Shown: piece after piece, positions 13,187 to 27,505 of the stretch
Layout: each line of letters opens with the position of its first letter
Numbering within the stretch: the stretch's first letter is position 1
Assembly (NCBI RefSeq): GCF_001949145.1
Contig: NW_019091362.1
Location: 2,716,204-2,780,203, forward strand
DNA from: Acanthaster planci
Taxonomy: Eukaryota
Reading direction: 5' to 3'
Length of the DNA: 64,000 bases
Translations under genes and position numbers: made by a program
Notes under the pieces: model-generated
Told to the model about the DNA's origin: nothing
What the model saw: the letters and a program-made list of their open reading frames with translations, nothing else
Databases searched by the model: none

Positions 13187-14726
13187 TTCTGCACCTCATT
13201 CCAACCTTTGAACAACCATCAAGAGCACTTCTACATAAGGTACATACATGTACATTGTAGCTGGGGACAAAAAGTGACCAGTGCTACATGTACATGACTT
13301 CTTTTTAAATGCTCCTTAAGCAGCAAGCAATACCTGGAACACTTTGAATTGTTCATGTTTGCACACTACTAGTGGATGCCTGTTTGAAGGCATTTCCAAT
13401 CAACAAGGGATTGCAACAGGTTGACGGGTAATGCACATTATGCATACCGGTAGTTCATGGCAGAAATTACTTTGAATCACATGTCTGATGTGCTGCACAG
13501 GTTTTTCACAAAGACATAATGCCAATGATCTCAGATAAACAACAGATGAATTTCTAATCAGAGTTGATACGCGTAGATCACATTCACGCTTTTGCAGTCC
13601 CAGACAGAAACAAGTCTGTGTCTTGTTGAATGCGGTTGCGCCGCTGTCTGATATATTGCAGAGATGTTGATGTGAACACATGTGTAGTATGGTATCACTG
13701 AGCCATGTCAAATGACTTGCGATTAACAAAAAATCAACTTTTATGCATTGCAGTCGATCGTCATTCAGATGCAAAATGCTCACAACTTTGCAATTTGCTT
13801 GTTAATTGAATGGGAATCAAACGGTAACAACGGGAATCTTGACAGTAAAATGGAACTTGCATGGCATGTACCGGTATGGCTACACCTTGCGCAAAAATCT
13901 GAACGGCAAAGCTTTATAAGAAGTGGATGCTGGGAATGATAAGGTTAAGAAAACTATTAATCTCTTGCGTACGATAGGAAGGCATTATCCACACTGAGTT
14001 GAAGTGTACGCTAACCCGCAAAGATGAGACAGGTTGGTGGGAAGTTTTCAACTGGGCTCATGCATGGAGCCTGGTGACATTCAACAAGAAATTGGTCCGT
14101 GGTCATGTCCCATGCCAAATGCGCCTGAATGTGCATCAGCAAGTGGCGAGTCCCCACTAAAGAACTGTTGTTACTGTGCAAAAACACTATCTCATTTGTG
14201 CTCGTAGCAGATGGCATGTATATATACATTTACCGGTAGGCAGCTGCTCTCATTCCCATAAAACAAAAAAAATTGGAGTTTAAAAGAACTAGACTCTAAA
14301 AAATAATTCCAATCTAATGCTGACCCTGTACAATTAATTTACATGTACACTGTACATAGAAATTGGAAATTGTTGAAGCTGCTTGTTGGTGCCCTGTTGA
14401 ATTTGGAGTAGGGCCTTCATATCAATTCATTATACATGCAAATTACATGTACATGCAGAATGAATGAACTCTGAATCTCACATTCATTTGGGTGGGTACA
14501 TGTGCAGTACCCATGCTTATTCATCGGTAGACCTGTCGTACTAAGGCATAATTACGTACTCATGAGTGTAATAATAATCAGCAGCCAAAAACAGCAGTCA
14601 GATGAAGCATCAAGTCGTCCCGGCAGAGAATGCCTAACAAATACGTGCTTCACGAGCCACCATTACGCTAATGAGACAATTGACCCAATCAACCAGATCC
14701 CCACGCTGCCAGCCTTGAGGCCAGTT

Positions 14727-14896
14727 NNNNNNNNNNNNNNNNNNNNNNNNNNNNNNNNNNNNNNNNNNNNNNNNNNNNNNNNNNNNNNNNNNNNNNNNNN
14801 NNNNNNNNNNNNNNNNNNNNNNNNNNNNNNNNNNNNNNNNNNNNNNNNNNNNNNNNNNNNNNNNNNNNNNNNNNNNNNNNNNNNNNNNNNNNNNNN
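14727..14896. other. Assembly gap (170 N)
   Basis: Run of n. Confidence 1.
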
Positions 14897-15008
14897 ATTT
14901 GCATTAATTCATCACTCTTGAAAATGAGAGTATGTGTTCTGAACTCACAAAACGTATGTGACAGGGACACGAAAAAAAAAATGGCCCCCCTAATTTCTGG
15001 AATTTCCT
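14897..15008 (-). mobile_element. Second, gap-truncated copy of the 8928-9170 MITE family
   Basis: Reverse complement aligns to 8928-9041 (ggaaattccagaaattaggggg...gttcagaacaca...gaattaatgcaaat). Confidence 0.8.
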
Positions 15009-18000
15009 GCATGTACTTGGCACTAAGAATCTGCAAATGTTGAACACATTTCAACTTTTGCTACCTATGTTTCATGTCAAAATCACTCTGCATTCGCAGT
15101 TGCCCTAAGTGTGAACTGGCTTTTACTGTGACGTTACAATGGATTTCAGGCAGGCACAGCCCACATGTATGCTATGAGTATCTCCCCCCCCTCTCACCCT
15201 CCTCCCCCCCCAAAATGATGAAAATTTAGAACACAGCAACGTATACAGATAACTAATACAAAATTAAAGCTGCGTGTACAGAGCATAAAGCCAACTAGAG
15301 TCCACAGCTGCCGATGCCTACAGCTGACCTGTTGGCACCAATGCTGTGTCACCCTATAAGTTAATGTGAATTCCATCTGCTAAAAGACGAATGCTACACT
15401 GGTTCCTGTGGTACCCAGAAACGAGTCAGACAGGATGTGAAATGTGCATACACCATGAGGCTTGTAGCTGCATTATTTATTCAAAGGTGGGTTCCAGTGG
15501 AACCGTACAGGTACTACATTCAAAATTGCCAGTTCCTATCACAAAGTATGTGTCCCGGTACCAGTGGTGAAAAAAAAAAATGCAGAACACTGCTGTGAGA
15601 CTGTAAAGATGGATCAGTTCCCAATGTGTGGCCAGAGTAATATATGCATTCCCGTCAGTGTCACATGACTGCGCTGTCAGTTTGTGCGCATTCAGATGAA
15701 CATTGGTTTCCCCACTGCATACCACCATTCTCAAGTGAGGATTGACTTAGCTGAGTGGCTCTTGTGAGTATGCCACATACTGTGCTTTAGGGTACAAAGA
15801 ATCAACTGTTCAATTTGGACATCTGGATGCTTCATCAGCAGGATGTTCAACAAATCTAGGATGCTGGATGAGAAAAGTGCACTTAGGGGCCACCTGTTGT
15901 AGGCCACCTACAATGCCAGCAAACAGATCTTGGTATACATACAGTACATGTACATCAAGGCACATGTACACTAGCACTTCACGAGTTCCCAATGTGTCAT
16001 GAGTTCCCAACATGGGCAAACGTAGTTTGAAGTATCACAACCAACCCTTTCCCCACCTAAAAAAAATATGTCAAGTCTCAAGACACCCGAGTTAAAAGTC
16101 AAGTTACTTGAACTGTTTTCTAATGCGTCCACTGGACCGACTCATGCAGTACATACAGTAACAGTACTTCCATGGCCAATCCTATTTAAGTCTGAAGACT
16201 TAAAGTTGTAGAGACCTCTTCATGCCTTCAAAATCACATGGTCGCCCACCTGTACGTGAACCTGTCAAACCATTCTCAACCATTATATGTCACTTGCAAA
16301 ATTCTCATTTGGTGAGCAGGATTAATCCCTGTTGAGACTGCCTCTATGCTTACCTGTGTGCAGATCCCGTTTCAGACGAGCAGACTTATTGGACCCTGGA
16401 GGTTCAAACCAAAGCTGTCAGGTGACACTCAGTGGGAACTCTACAAAAATGACAACGGGGAACAATGAAACCAATATTGAAAAATTGCAAAGAATGCTTT
16501 GTCTTGTGAATATAATTGTGACGTGATATCAAAATATTTTAACATAGAAGTTTTAAGAATCCATTCCAAAGTGGAATAGGCCAAAAAGACATTTTCCCAT
16601 GTTTTCAAGACTAGCATTAAAGCTGCATTTAAATGAAAAAGTCGATGTATGTTCTTGAGGAAATTATGAGCACTTCTCTTCTACTTATTAAGCTACCAGT
16701 AAACTCTTCCTTCTAGTCGAATGCTTAGTTTTTTTCCTGCATACTAGTGTAAGACGATATGTCCACTTGCGGTCCCTTTTAAGAATGTGCTTAATGAGCA
16801 CAAATTGAGCAAAGATTGAAAAAAACTTATGACAACTGATGCAGCCACATTGTACTCTCTCCTGAACTCTGAAAACTTTTCAGGCAGTGAAAAATCAAAT
16901 TCTTGTGGGATTTCAGGAGTTGATATGAACACAGGTGATGCACACAAGCTTCAGATCACAACCGTCCTACATGTATGATATAGATACAAACATATACCAT
17001 TAACTGCACCACAGCAAATTGGTTTTGCACAACGAGACCGACCTTAAGCCTGGCTCTCACACACTGCTTGATGGATGGCAGCAACTGCATAAGCATTTGA
17101 CGTCAGTAAGGGTTTCGTTTCCAAGAGTGACTGATTGGAGGTAGAGCCTTAAATGAGGGGATTATTCCAGCTTGGACTATAAAGAAGTCTCTGAAGTTTG
17201 ATCATTGTCACTGTTTCTGTAGCTCAGCTTTTTTTGTGTTTCTCTCTTTTTGTCTGTCTCGTTTTTCCAGTGGTGCTCATCTGCCCAAACACACTGCTAT
17301 GCCTGCGCAGAGGGGAGGGTGTCTAGCTTGTCCCTTACAATTTCATAGAGAAGGAAGGGCTTTTGATTAAAAGCTAGCCAATGCTACAAGCATGGATGAA
17401 TGACCAGAGGCGTGCAAACAATGTCTCTATGGAGACTTCAAGGCAGCTGTCCTTTAAAGTCACACAAGAAACAGTGTTACTGGTAAATGTATGGATTGGG
17501 TGAAGCTACATGGTCACATGTTAATTTAGATATAACACTGTGTGCCCCATTCAAAGGTTGATATGATCGATTTTCAACTGAATCTGGACAAACCCACAAT
17601 TCCTTCTGTGCTTGAGAAGAAGTGCACCGGAGTGTGGGATCATGGTAGAAAAGGCATTATTGTGCTACTAGTACAAGCATAGGAAATGGAGGCTGCATTT
17701 TACCATAACAGAATACTGTACATGTACCTTCTGCCTGTTTTACAATTAGAAGAGTTATCAAGACTACAGTAGAAGTCACATTGCTAATTGAAAAGACAAA
17801 TCTTGCAGGAAGACTTAGAGAAATGTTACAAACTATTCGATATTTCTTACCTTTTTTTTGGTGTGCATTACACGAACCAGTACCTGACCAAATTGAGAAT
17901 TCTGTGCATTATCAAAGGGTTGCTCATTCTTAAACTTGTACCAGTATGTTTCATCAAAACCAGATGGCTCTGAGCAACAAAGTTTCAAATACTGTGCAAA

Positions 18001-21000
18001 TATAGATTTCCCTTCTACAGAGGACATTACAGTTTTCTTTTTGAAAAATGAACCGGTCTGGAAACTACAAATCAAAATTCAACATTTCTAACATGTACTT
18101 GATAGAAAAAAAATGGCAGCTGACCTCACTAAACCCAATATGAACGTCAGTATTTAAGGCAGAGTACAATGTAAAAGAATTTACATACGTACAACCTATT
18201 CCACAGTGATCAACCAGGCTTTGAAACCCCAAACGGGCAAACAAAGAACATCTTTGCCAATGTTCCCCCGCCAAGACGTCACTAGCATTTCTTGTGTTTG
18301 ATCACGCCTGGGTTCAAATTGCTTCCCGTGCCAACTGAGAAAGTGCCACGGAAGCTACAAGGGACCTCATCTTTTCTTTGTTACACACGTCACGTTCAGT
18401 TATTTACACCTGCAGGGTTCACAGCAAGCAGAAAGCAGTGCATGCTGAAGGCCGGCAGAAGCAGCATCTAAAGGATAAGCAGAGATACGGTACCATGCGA
18501 CCTGTTGTCACAATACGGTACGATGTACACTTACATGTCCATTGTTGTACATGCATAGATTCACCATCCATAATGATTCAGAATTATTTTATCCCCTCAC
18601 TGAGTAGGAAAACACATTATATATCAATGGGTCCTTGCTCTCTTAACACTACTGTTGATGCACAAGGCTGAAAGGGGGCTGACACCATATAACTTGTTTT
18701 TCATGGGGTTGGTTGGGTGGAAGTCAAGCTGCTAGTATTGAGAACCCATAGTGAGCGTACTGGTATTGGTGGTACATGTAGGATGCTTACAGCCAATTTC
18801 CTATGTTGGGCTTAAGTTTTTCCCATCTGTACCATTTCTCTATTGCATAATGGCCAAACTGGCACTAAAAATGAACCATTCACTCGGTCGAAGTAGGCCT
18901 ACACTGTAAGTACAGTACGAGTAAAAAGTCAAAAGGCAAGTACACGGCACAGTGACACTAAAGCACTTTCAGGGAGCTCATCCAAATGCCAAATGCTTCT
19001 TTCAGCGAGAAATCCAAAAGATGACAGAGGAGCTTCTCAACCAGACATTCAGTGCAGAAGATGAATGAAAGTGTGAACGATACCAGTGTCATGTGTACCT
19101 GATGATGCATAGGCCTATCCAGCTCCATGTACATGTACTGGTAAATGTACTTTCATTTTCACTAAGTGCTTTTGACTTCCTGGTTATCATTCTGGTTTAG
19201 GGTGTATACTTGGGGGCCTAACAAAAAAAGGGCAGAATTTGACCGGGGATTACACTGATTGTACTGCATTGACAAACTATTTTTTTTATCGGTCACCTAC
19301 TTTCACTTGGTCCTCTCAAAACGGACCAAAAAAAATCAGCTGCATCGGTTCCAAGACGATAGATGTAGGAACCCAGCTAGGCTGATTATAAAGTTCCTGG
19401 ATATCTACATGTACACTGATATGTACTGTACAGGTACAGCAACCCAGCAACAAGCACGAGAGACAGGGCAAATGGACAGCATCACATTTGAGAATGCATT
19501 CGTCTAAGCATGCCAGTAGGAAGCGGTTGGCTGGGGTCACTTATGCCGTTAGTACTCCTTAGTCATTTTCTTGATATGAACTAGCCACATTAACTCTTGT
19601 ACACAAAGGACAAGTTCACCTCACTCCAGGAAATCATGGATTTGTTCAACTTGTTCTGAGAACACAGACAGTCTAGACACAATGAACTTAAAGCCTTTTT
19701 GACGGCTGTGAAAAAAACAAACCAAATGGGTAAGGGTTTCCCAAGACAGTGGGGACTCATTTTGATAGTATTCAGACACAAGATCCTTGAAGTTTCAACT
19801 GTTTGTTAAAGATTTGGCGGGAGTACTTTGTACAAAGGAGACTTCCAAACATTTTATTAGTGATCAGCTGAAAATTAAAAACTAAACAGAAGATAAAGAA
19901 AGCACCTTGCAATGATGCAAAACTGGGACATGTAATATAAGTTATGGCTTTTGAAGAACTGCCACTTGCTTTTAGCATTGGCTTTGGTACATCTGTGTAA
20001 ATTTGCTAAGAAAAGGTTAATACACATCCGCAAGCTGCACGGTTTCTCATTAGAGGTGAGAATTGATACTTTAAACACTTAACTTGTTCAGGCAAATCGA
20101 GGTTAATGCAACAGCCAGATCGAAACAATGAAGGCAGACCAGTGACTGATCACAACTTTTAACTTTCTGGCACAAGTGCTAGCAGATGGACTTGCAGGGC
20201 CAAAGTTCAATAATGCAACCAGCTTGTTGGGTTTATTTGTACATTCTGGTAGAATGATTACTCTCACGGTGTACCAGGCACCATGTCACATTTTCCAACC
20301 CTTTTCTGCCTTGTCAATGATGCTAGCGTAAGCATCAGTGTCACATTACGCATCTACAAATGCCCGTGTGCGTGCATACGAATCCATCAAATTTGCCAAT
20401 GTGCTCCTGTGCAGGAGGCTTTCATAGGTTGCAGCATGCCGGTACTGTGCACGTAAAGGTTGTTTGTACAACTTTTTGAGGAAATGACTGCTTCGTCAAC
20501 CTTGATCTTTTCCTAAGACCCATGCTCTCGGGTTTATCTTGAGCCATCTCCATCCTGACTATAATTAACTCGTTAGAGCTGTTTTGCTTTGGCTGGAATG
20601 ACGGCTAAAGCTTTGACATCATCAGTCAGTGTGGGGTACTATGTACATGCTGCGTCCCTTTTGTGGCAACCAAGGAAGTGTTATCTTTGGCACATCATTC
20701 TTTCTCTCTCCAACAGCACCACTGATAAATCACAGGGTACAGCTCGGATAATGGCTGAAATGAATGCGTGCATTTAAGTTTTACAGCGCTGAGAAACAGT
20801 CTGTAAATTGGGTGCTGAGAGAAGAGCACTCCTTGATAGATGCAGCAAACCAAAGACCACATCTGTGGGTGGAAACCCAAAAGGCATCTAGGCCTAAACC
20901 ATGACCTTTCAGTCACTAAATGTTGAGGGTAAATAGCAAGGGTACTTTGTACATACATGTACATGTAGTCTTACACTGTAAATCTTCTTTTAAAAAAAGT

Positions 21001-24000
21001 GCAGGACTCTCATAGGGTAACTTTCAATCAAATGTGACGATGAAATCAAAATGTAGCAAGTGCAGACATCACAGATGAGGAACACATATATGTATATTGT
21101 ATACATTCAGAGGCTGACGAAAATCTGACTTGGGCCACGTTGTCACTGAGGGTTTTTGCCCACACAGTGGAGGTCTTGTCACTGTCAGTTTCTGCAGATC
21201 TTGTATGAGAAATGTCTTTGAAATGGACAGTTTTGAAGAACTTCTTTTATAGTTTGTCAAAAGAGGGAAACCATGGGCCAGGATGGCTTTGTTGTTGTAC
21301 TGGACTTCAGTGACAGAGCGATCTCAAAGACAGACTAAGAAGGAAACAATCTTGATAAAAGCCAAAGATTCGACTGGCTGGTGAGTCCCTAATACATGTA
21401 TATGACCTTTTTCAAGCATTTACATTCATGAATGACTGAGCATTCTGCACATCGGCATCTTTTTTACACTGGTACCACACTGGCAAAGAAACACAATAAG
21501 GACAACGGCCAATCAACAGAGACAACTGTGCTGATGCATTTAAAGTTGACGTTGGTGGAAGGTGGAATGTGGCATACAACGTGAACTGACCCAACCAAGC
21601 GTGGGGGGAGAGCACCTCTTGCGCACATCCCTCAGTACCAAAACTAATCGACTTTGATGCAATTAAGATAGAGGCTGGATGTGAAAACACTCCAGTTAAT
21701 GGAGGAAATACTGATGGTGTTATTGCACGGCAGGGAGGCAACATGCGCGGTGCGTCATATTACATCTGACACTACAGGGTGGCATGCATGTGCTTCAAAC
21801 TGTCAAAATGTTTGTGTGCTCGACTTAATTTTCATTCACACATACTGGTGCATACATCAGGTACATGTACAAGTACATGTATACACGTACCCACTGTTCG
21901 GAAAGTTGGGACAAAATTTTAATTGATTTAAGCAATAGTTGATACTGTTGACAATTGAAGAGTTGACCCAGAGTGCCCACTTTACCACACAGCAATTGAC
22001 ATTTCACTATTGTTAATGTATCATATTCACTTTGTGCCTTTTAAAGTACAGTGTAGTTACAACTTAACTACAATATACATGAACATGTACTTGTTAGTAC
22101 ATTTACAACTGACTGTATTGCATACATGTAAATGCGTGGAAACATCCACTAAAACCTTGACATGTGCAGGGTTGTACATGTAGCTGGAATTTTTAGTGCC
22201 CGTTGTTTTTGACAATTTTTAAATAATGAAAACAGTCCATTTTCTCTCTCAATACAATACATTATTGCAACAAATTGCAATAATGTAGTACACATTGTAA
22301 TTTGTGCTGGTCGGCAAGCTTTCATCCCCAGTGCTAGCCGGTAATGTTGAGTAGTGGCTGGCACCGGCCAGCACAGAACCGTGGACATGTGTGAAGTCAG
22401 CAATAAAAACAATGCTTGTAAAAAAAAAATACAAAACTGAACACCAAAAGCAATTGCAAAGCAATAGCACTCTTCAAATGCCACCACCGTTTCATTTTGG
22501 AATTAAAAAATTACTCATAATACATAGGTTTTGAAATTTTGCACATGGAAGTAAGGAGGGTCCATGGTACATGTGATACATGGTACAAATGGTAGCACCA
22601 GGTGACATTTCTTTCGGGATTGACCAAGGTTTTGATGAGAACCATTGCACTCCACATTTCAGAGGACATGCTCAGAGCTAATGACAAGTAGGCTACATCG
22701 GTTCTCTACAGAACCTTACTCATTCACAATAGAGATTTCACCTGGCGCTACTGCACACGTTGGTCACATTCTGAAATGTGCACTTGGGCTTACATGTGTT
22801 CACTACATCACTCCAGATTGTTTTAGATGTTTATAAATTTAGTAAGATGTATTTGTGTATTCAACATAGTTCTACATTTTTGAGGGCGCGTATTTATTTT
22901 CCTATTTACAATGTATCTCACTGAACTATTTGGTTTGATGTAAATGCTTCTCTATTGACAGAAACACATGCAGCCTGATTGCTTGTGTATTTGTTTGCAT
23001 GTATGTCTGTAAGACAGGGTGCATGTTGCATATGCTAGCGCTAGTTTCTTGATAACGCTGCACCTGTTTCACACACTGAGGGTGCTTACGCAAGCTACCA
23101 TCGTCACCTGCTTGACAGTCTTTGCTCTCCCTGACTCTTGACTATCACTGGCCTATGTTTAGCCGCACCTGTCATAGCGCATCACAGGCATGCATTTACC
23201 ATGTGACCCGGCTAGATACATGTACCATATCTCTAAAAAGATCATCATTCCAAGTGTAGAGATTTTCATTAAGGGACTTGGATAGTAGAAATAGAAAGGT
23301 GAACCCGGGTTCCTCCTTCGGAAAGTGCAAGCGATTTCTGTAGACTACTGAGTGAAAGACTTCTACTCACTTGCCTTGCCTCGCAACTATTTCACAAAGG
23401 TTGTCAGATGTATGGTGAATGTCACATAAGCCCTTTTCACACTAGTCTGGACTTACCCACCCGGGTGTAGTTGTTCACACCTGAGCAGGAACTAACCAGG
23501 AGAATCAATTCACACTAGAAACATCATCCAATGATTGAGCTTCCCTGCTTTCCTGCTAACCAGGGCAATTTGTAACCATGTTCACATTCCAATAGTGGCA
23601 ACCTGGAGAATTGGCAGATTGGGTGCACATGTTATGTTCAACCTCCGACCTCCCACAATCTATTGCACTCACTACAGCATCGCAGCAAAATGGCACCTGT
23701 CATGCAATTAGAAACCTAGCACTAATTGTACTTCTGAATTTGCCTGTTTCACCATAGATGATGAAAAAAAGTGGTAACATACATGTACGGTGTCCTGATG
23801 AACACAAGTAAACAAAAACTTATGGCAGTAAAGCCACAAACTGTATATGTATTAGTCTTGTAGAAGCATGGTGGACACAATAGGAGGGCGCTATTTGGTG
23901 TGGGTAAAATCTTTTGCATTTGCTCCAAATTTACCCACTTCAAATAGCACCTTCCTACACGTATTGTGTCTGCCATGCTTCTAAATGGCTCATGTTGACA

Positions 24001-26609
24001 CGTGCAGCATCAAGTCAAGAATGGCACCTTGTAAATAGTGTAACTAAGAAAGACAAGTTACTGGCCAAGACAGACTGGTGTCCTTCATACAAGTGGTGTC
24101 CTCCATACAAGTACATGTCAAAATAATGTTACTTTGATGAGATACCAGTTAAGGTGGACATTGGCAGCCTGCTATAAAGTTTAGAGATGGCAAAACACAA
24201 AGACTGTACCGGTAACTAATGAAAACTTGGCACAAATTGATTACAAGCATGCTCAAGTTCAGTTTGCACAGGACTGCACGTCATGTCCTGTGCCTCAGGA
24301 CAATAATCATAATCATAATTTATTCATAATCAATATCAGAATTTACTTGGTGAGCCAAAAGTGTACATGTACCTGTACATGTACCATATGATCGCTCCAG
24401 TGCAACTAAACAAATGGTCAACAAATAACACTGCAGGAAATCAGCATTATAATTATCATCATTCCAATGCAAGTCTAAGGTTGAACAGCATTATCCAGCT
24501 GGAAAGCTCTCACCTCGGAATGCATAAAAGGATTCTGGGAACAGGTCCCTGTGCACAAGGACCCCTAGGAGTACTTGAATAGATTCTTGAAGTGGCAGAT
24601 TTGACTAATTTGATGGAGGTTTCATTCTGCCTGCCCAAGTAGATTGTACTGTACCTGCTTCCCAGATCTTTACAAACCTCAACTCTCTTGGGGCTGTCTG
24701 AAACTTGGAGGATTCAGAACTGTTAAGGTTAATAATTGATGGTCAAGGATACTTCAATCAAGCATGAAATATGTACATGTACCACCACTCAATGATGGCA
24801 TGCATGTCGTTCCAGGTACTGGTAAGACAGGGAGCTTCCACGGTCTGCAGTACTGCAAACGTTAAATGCTTTAGGACCTGGATTACCTTTCCGTGCTGTA
24901 GTGGCTGTGCTGCTTTTTCAGGTCCCTTGTTAAATTTTGGGCCAATGATGCATTCATGAGGGTATTATTTGTGTGCAGGTGTTATTTGTATGCAGAGTGC
25001 ACACAGAATACAGTCACTGATAAAAATTATACATACCGGTAATTACCTTACCTCAATGGACATCAGTCTTAATTAATAATACAGAAGCAAAAACGCTGGC
25101 CGTGTACAATTTTCCTGCACGCAACTAATTGTATCTATACATGTACATGTATATTTCAAAATGTTGGGCAATCTTCAAACCATGAAGGCTGCCACCTTCA
25201 ACTGTAATAGTAAGGAGGTGAAAATTTTTCCTAGAGTAAAAAAATCTACTGTGTGATGGAAGAACCCCCTCTCCCTAACAGAGAGACAGACACACAGGGT
25301 GGACATGATCCAGCAGCAGCACTGTTCAGTGTCTCATCCTCCATGACTACATGGCGATGAGGAATACATCTTCCAATGAACAGTACCTAACCTCTCTGTT
25401 GTCAGGCTGTCCAATGTCACCTGTCAATCTGTTTTGCCTCCTTTGGAAATGTGCCCCTGGAGGCTAGTCGTTTGTGCTGCTTAATTGTCCTACCACCTGG
25501 CTTTATACATCCAGCCCATCTCACTTTGACTGTTCTTATGCCTCAAAATATTCACTAAACCTGTCAGATACTTCAAAATCCATCAAAAGGTTACATGTAC
25601 TGGTACATGTAGGTTTGGAGGTGTGGGGATGAACACCAGTCACTGTTTCTGTACTTTAGGCTTGATGGGCACAGAGCATACCGGTACCTGCAGGATTATG
25701 GTTCCTCCACAATTGTTCATTGATTGTAGGCAAGTTCACAAATTTGAGAAAATAAAGATAAAGGTTGAAACTCATCAAAAAGCATAAATTTCTGTAGATA
25801 AAACTGTGGGGAGGGGAGGAGGCCAAAAACTCTGAACTGTGAAAATGTCTAAGCAACCACTTTCAGCTGAAGTGTGAGGAAAGAACAAAAAAGTCCAAAT
25901 CTGTCTCTCATTAATGATCTTCTCATGATGCAAAGACCCAAGAACTTGTGTGCAATGTGTAGGCCTAACATACACTGATCTGTACGAAGAAAGATGTAGA
26001 ATGTTGATAAGGCAGACATCATATATACACAGTGCTGAAAAAAAGTAAGATTTTACTTCAAGGCCACAGGATTGCTATCATAACTCCAGAGTTCATCCAT
26101 GTGAATGAAATATAAAAAAAGATGTGTCCTGCAGCAATACCGAAGCTGTACCGAAGGATAAGAATCACTTCTTTTATGTTTTCAGCGACCAAACAAATCC
26201 ATTTGCCTCGCAGGTAGTTCCATTTTACCTCTCATCTGGAATCTCTGAAGAGACACGGTTTCTTCACGTTCAGGGGCGCTTGAGGGTAGTGGACCTTCAT
26301 GTGCGGAGCACCAAGACACACGCAGGTACACTTACATGTAAAATTCACTGCCACCGTTCTTCATCGACTATGCTACATTGAAGAAAATTCTGCCACCACC
26401 CTCATCGTTTTGGCATCAGCCCGCTACCACTGCCAATGCCACAGACCTTCCCCTTCTGGAGGAAAAGTGACCCCTCAAGACATTTTTTGGCTGATGCCCA
26501 TTCAAGGACTACTTTCTTGACAGGAAAACTGCTCAGTTAATAAAAGACACTCATTCTGTTGAAAACTGATTACTTGAGGACTCTGTTTTCAATTTACAGT
26601 ACATGTACA

Positions 26610-27505
26610 TCTTTAAAATATCCCTTTGAAGGGGAGTGTTTTAGACAAAAATATACTCGATGTGATGATGGCGTCATCTTGTGACAAGTCACGTGACATT
26701 TACAGTACACTATTTAAAACTCCATATATCCTGAAGTATATGTCCAAATGGGTTCAAACCTTGCAGACACATGTATCTTGAAAGGGAACTTATTTAGACA
26801 AATTATTGATTAAATAATTAAAGGTGCACTTTTCGAAGCACTATAGCTCTTGAAGTGAATGTCTGATTGAGTTGAAACCTTGCAGATATCTTGGAAAGAA
26901 AGTGCTTTACACAAATGTTGACCTCATTCGATAATGACATCCATCAGGTGACAAGTCACGTGACATTTAAGGTGCACTATTTAAAACTCTATATCTCCTG
27001 AAGTTCATATCCCATCGAGTTCAACATTTGCAGATAACAAGAAAAGGAAGTGTCGTTGTCGAAGATTTACCTGGTGTGATGATGAAATTATCAGATGAGG
27101 AGTTAAATTACATAGTACACACAATCTTTAAAGCATGCTGTTTCCTGAAGTACATGTCTGATTGGGTTGAAACCTTGCAGATTGGAAGGGAAGTTTATGA
27201 ATGTAGATTAACCTCAGGTGATGACAATATCATCAGCAAAACGAGTCAAGAGACATTAAAGGTGTACTGTGTAAAGCCCTATATCTCCTGGAGTACACGT
27301 CCCATCCACTGGAAACTTTGCAGATACCAAGGAAAGGAAGTATTCTAGACGAAAATTTACCTTATGTGATTATGACATTAAATGAAGAGTCAAATTACAT
27401 TTTATTTAAAACAAGTTATTTCCTGTGCAGTAGATTGGTTGTTCAAATTAACACAGGAATGCGAAAAAGCCCTGTTCTTTTGGCCAACAGACAGAGGAGC
27501 TCTAG
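26610..27505 (+). mobile_element. Non-autonomous Helitron/Helentron-like element with ~145-bp internal tandem repeats
   Basis: Motif ctgaagt...gttgaaaccttgcaga or close variants recurs near 26731, 26850, 26998, 27145, 27288 and (degenerate) 27423; ends with short palindrome ctgtt...ttggccaacag then CTAG (27502-05) followed by tt. 5' end approximate. Confidence 0.7.

Noticed and set aside
14502..15054. ORFs spanning the first gap
   Set aside because: Open only because of Ns.
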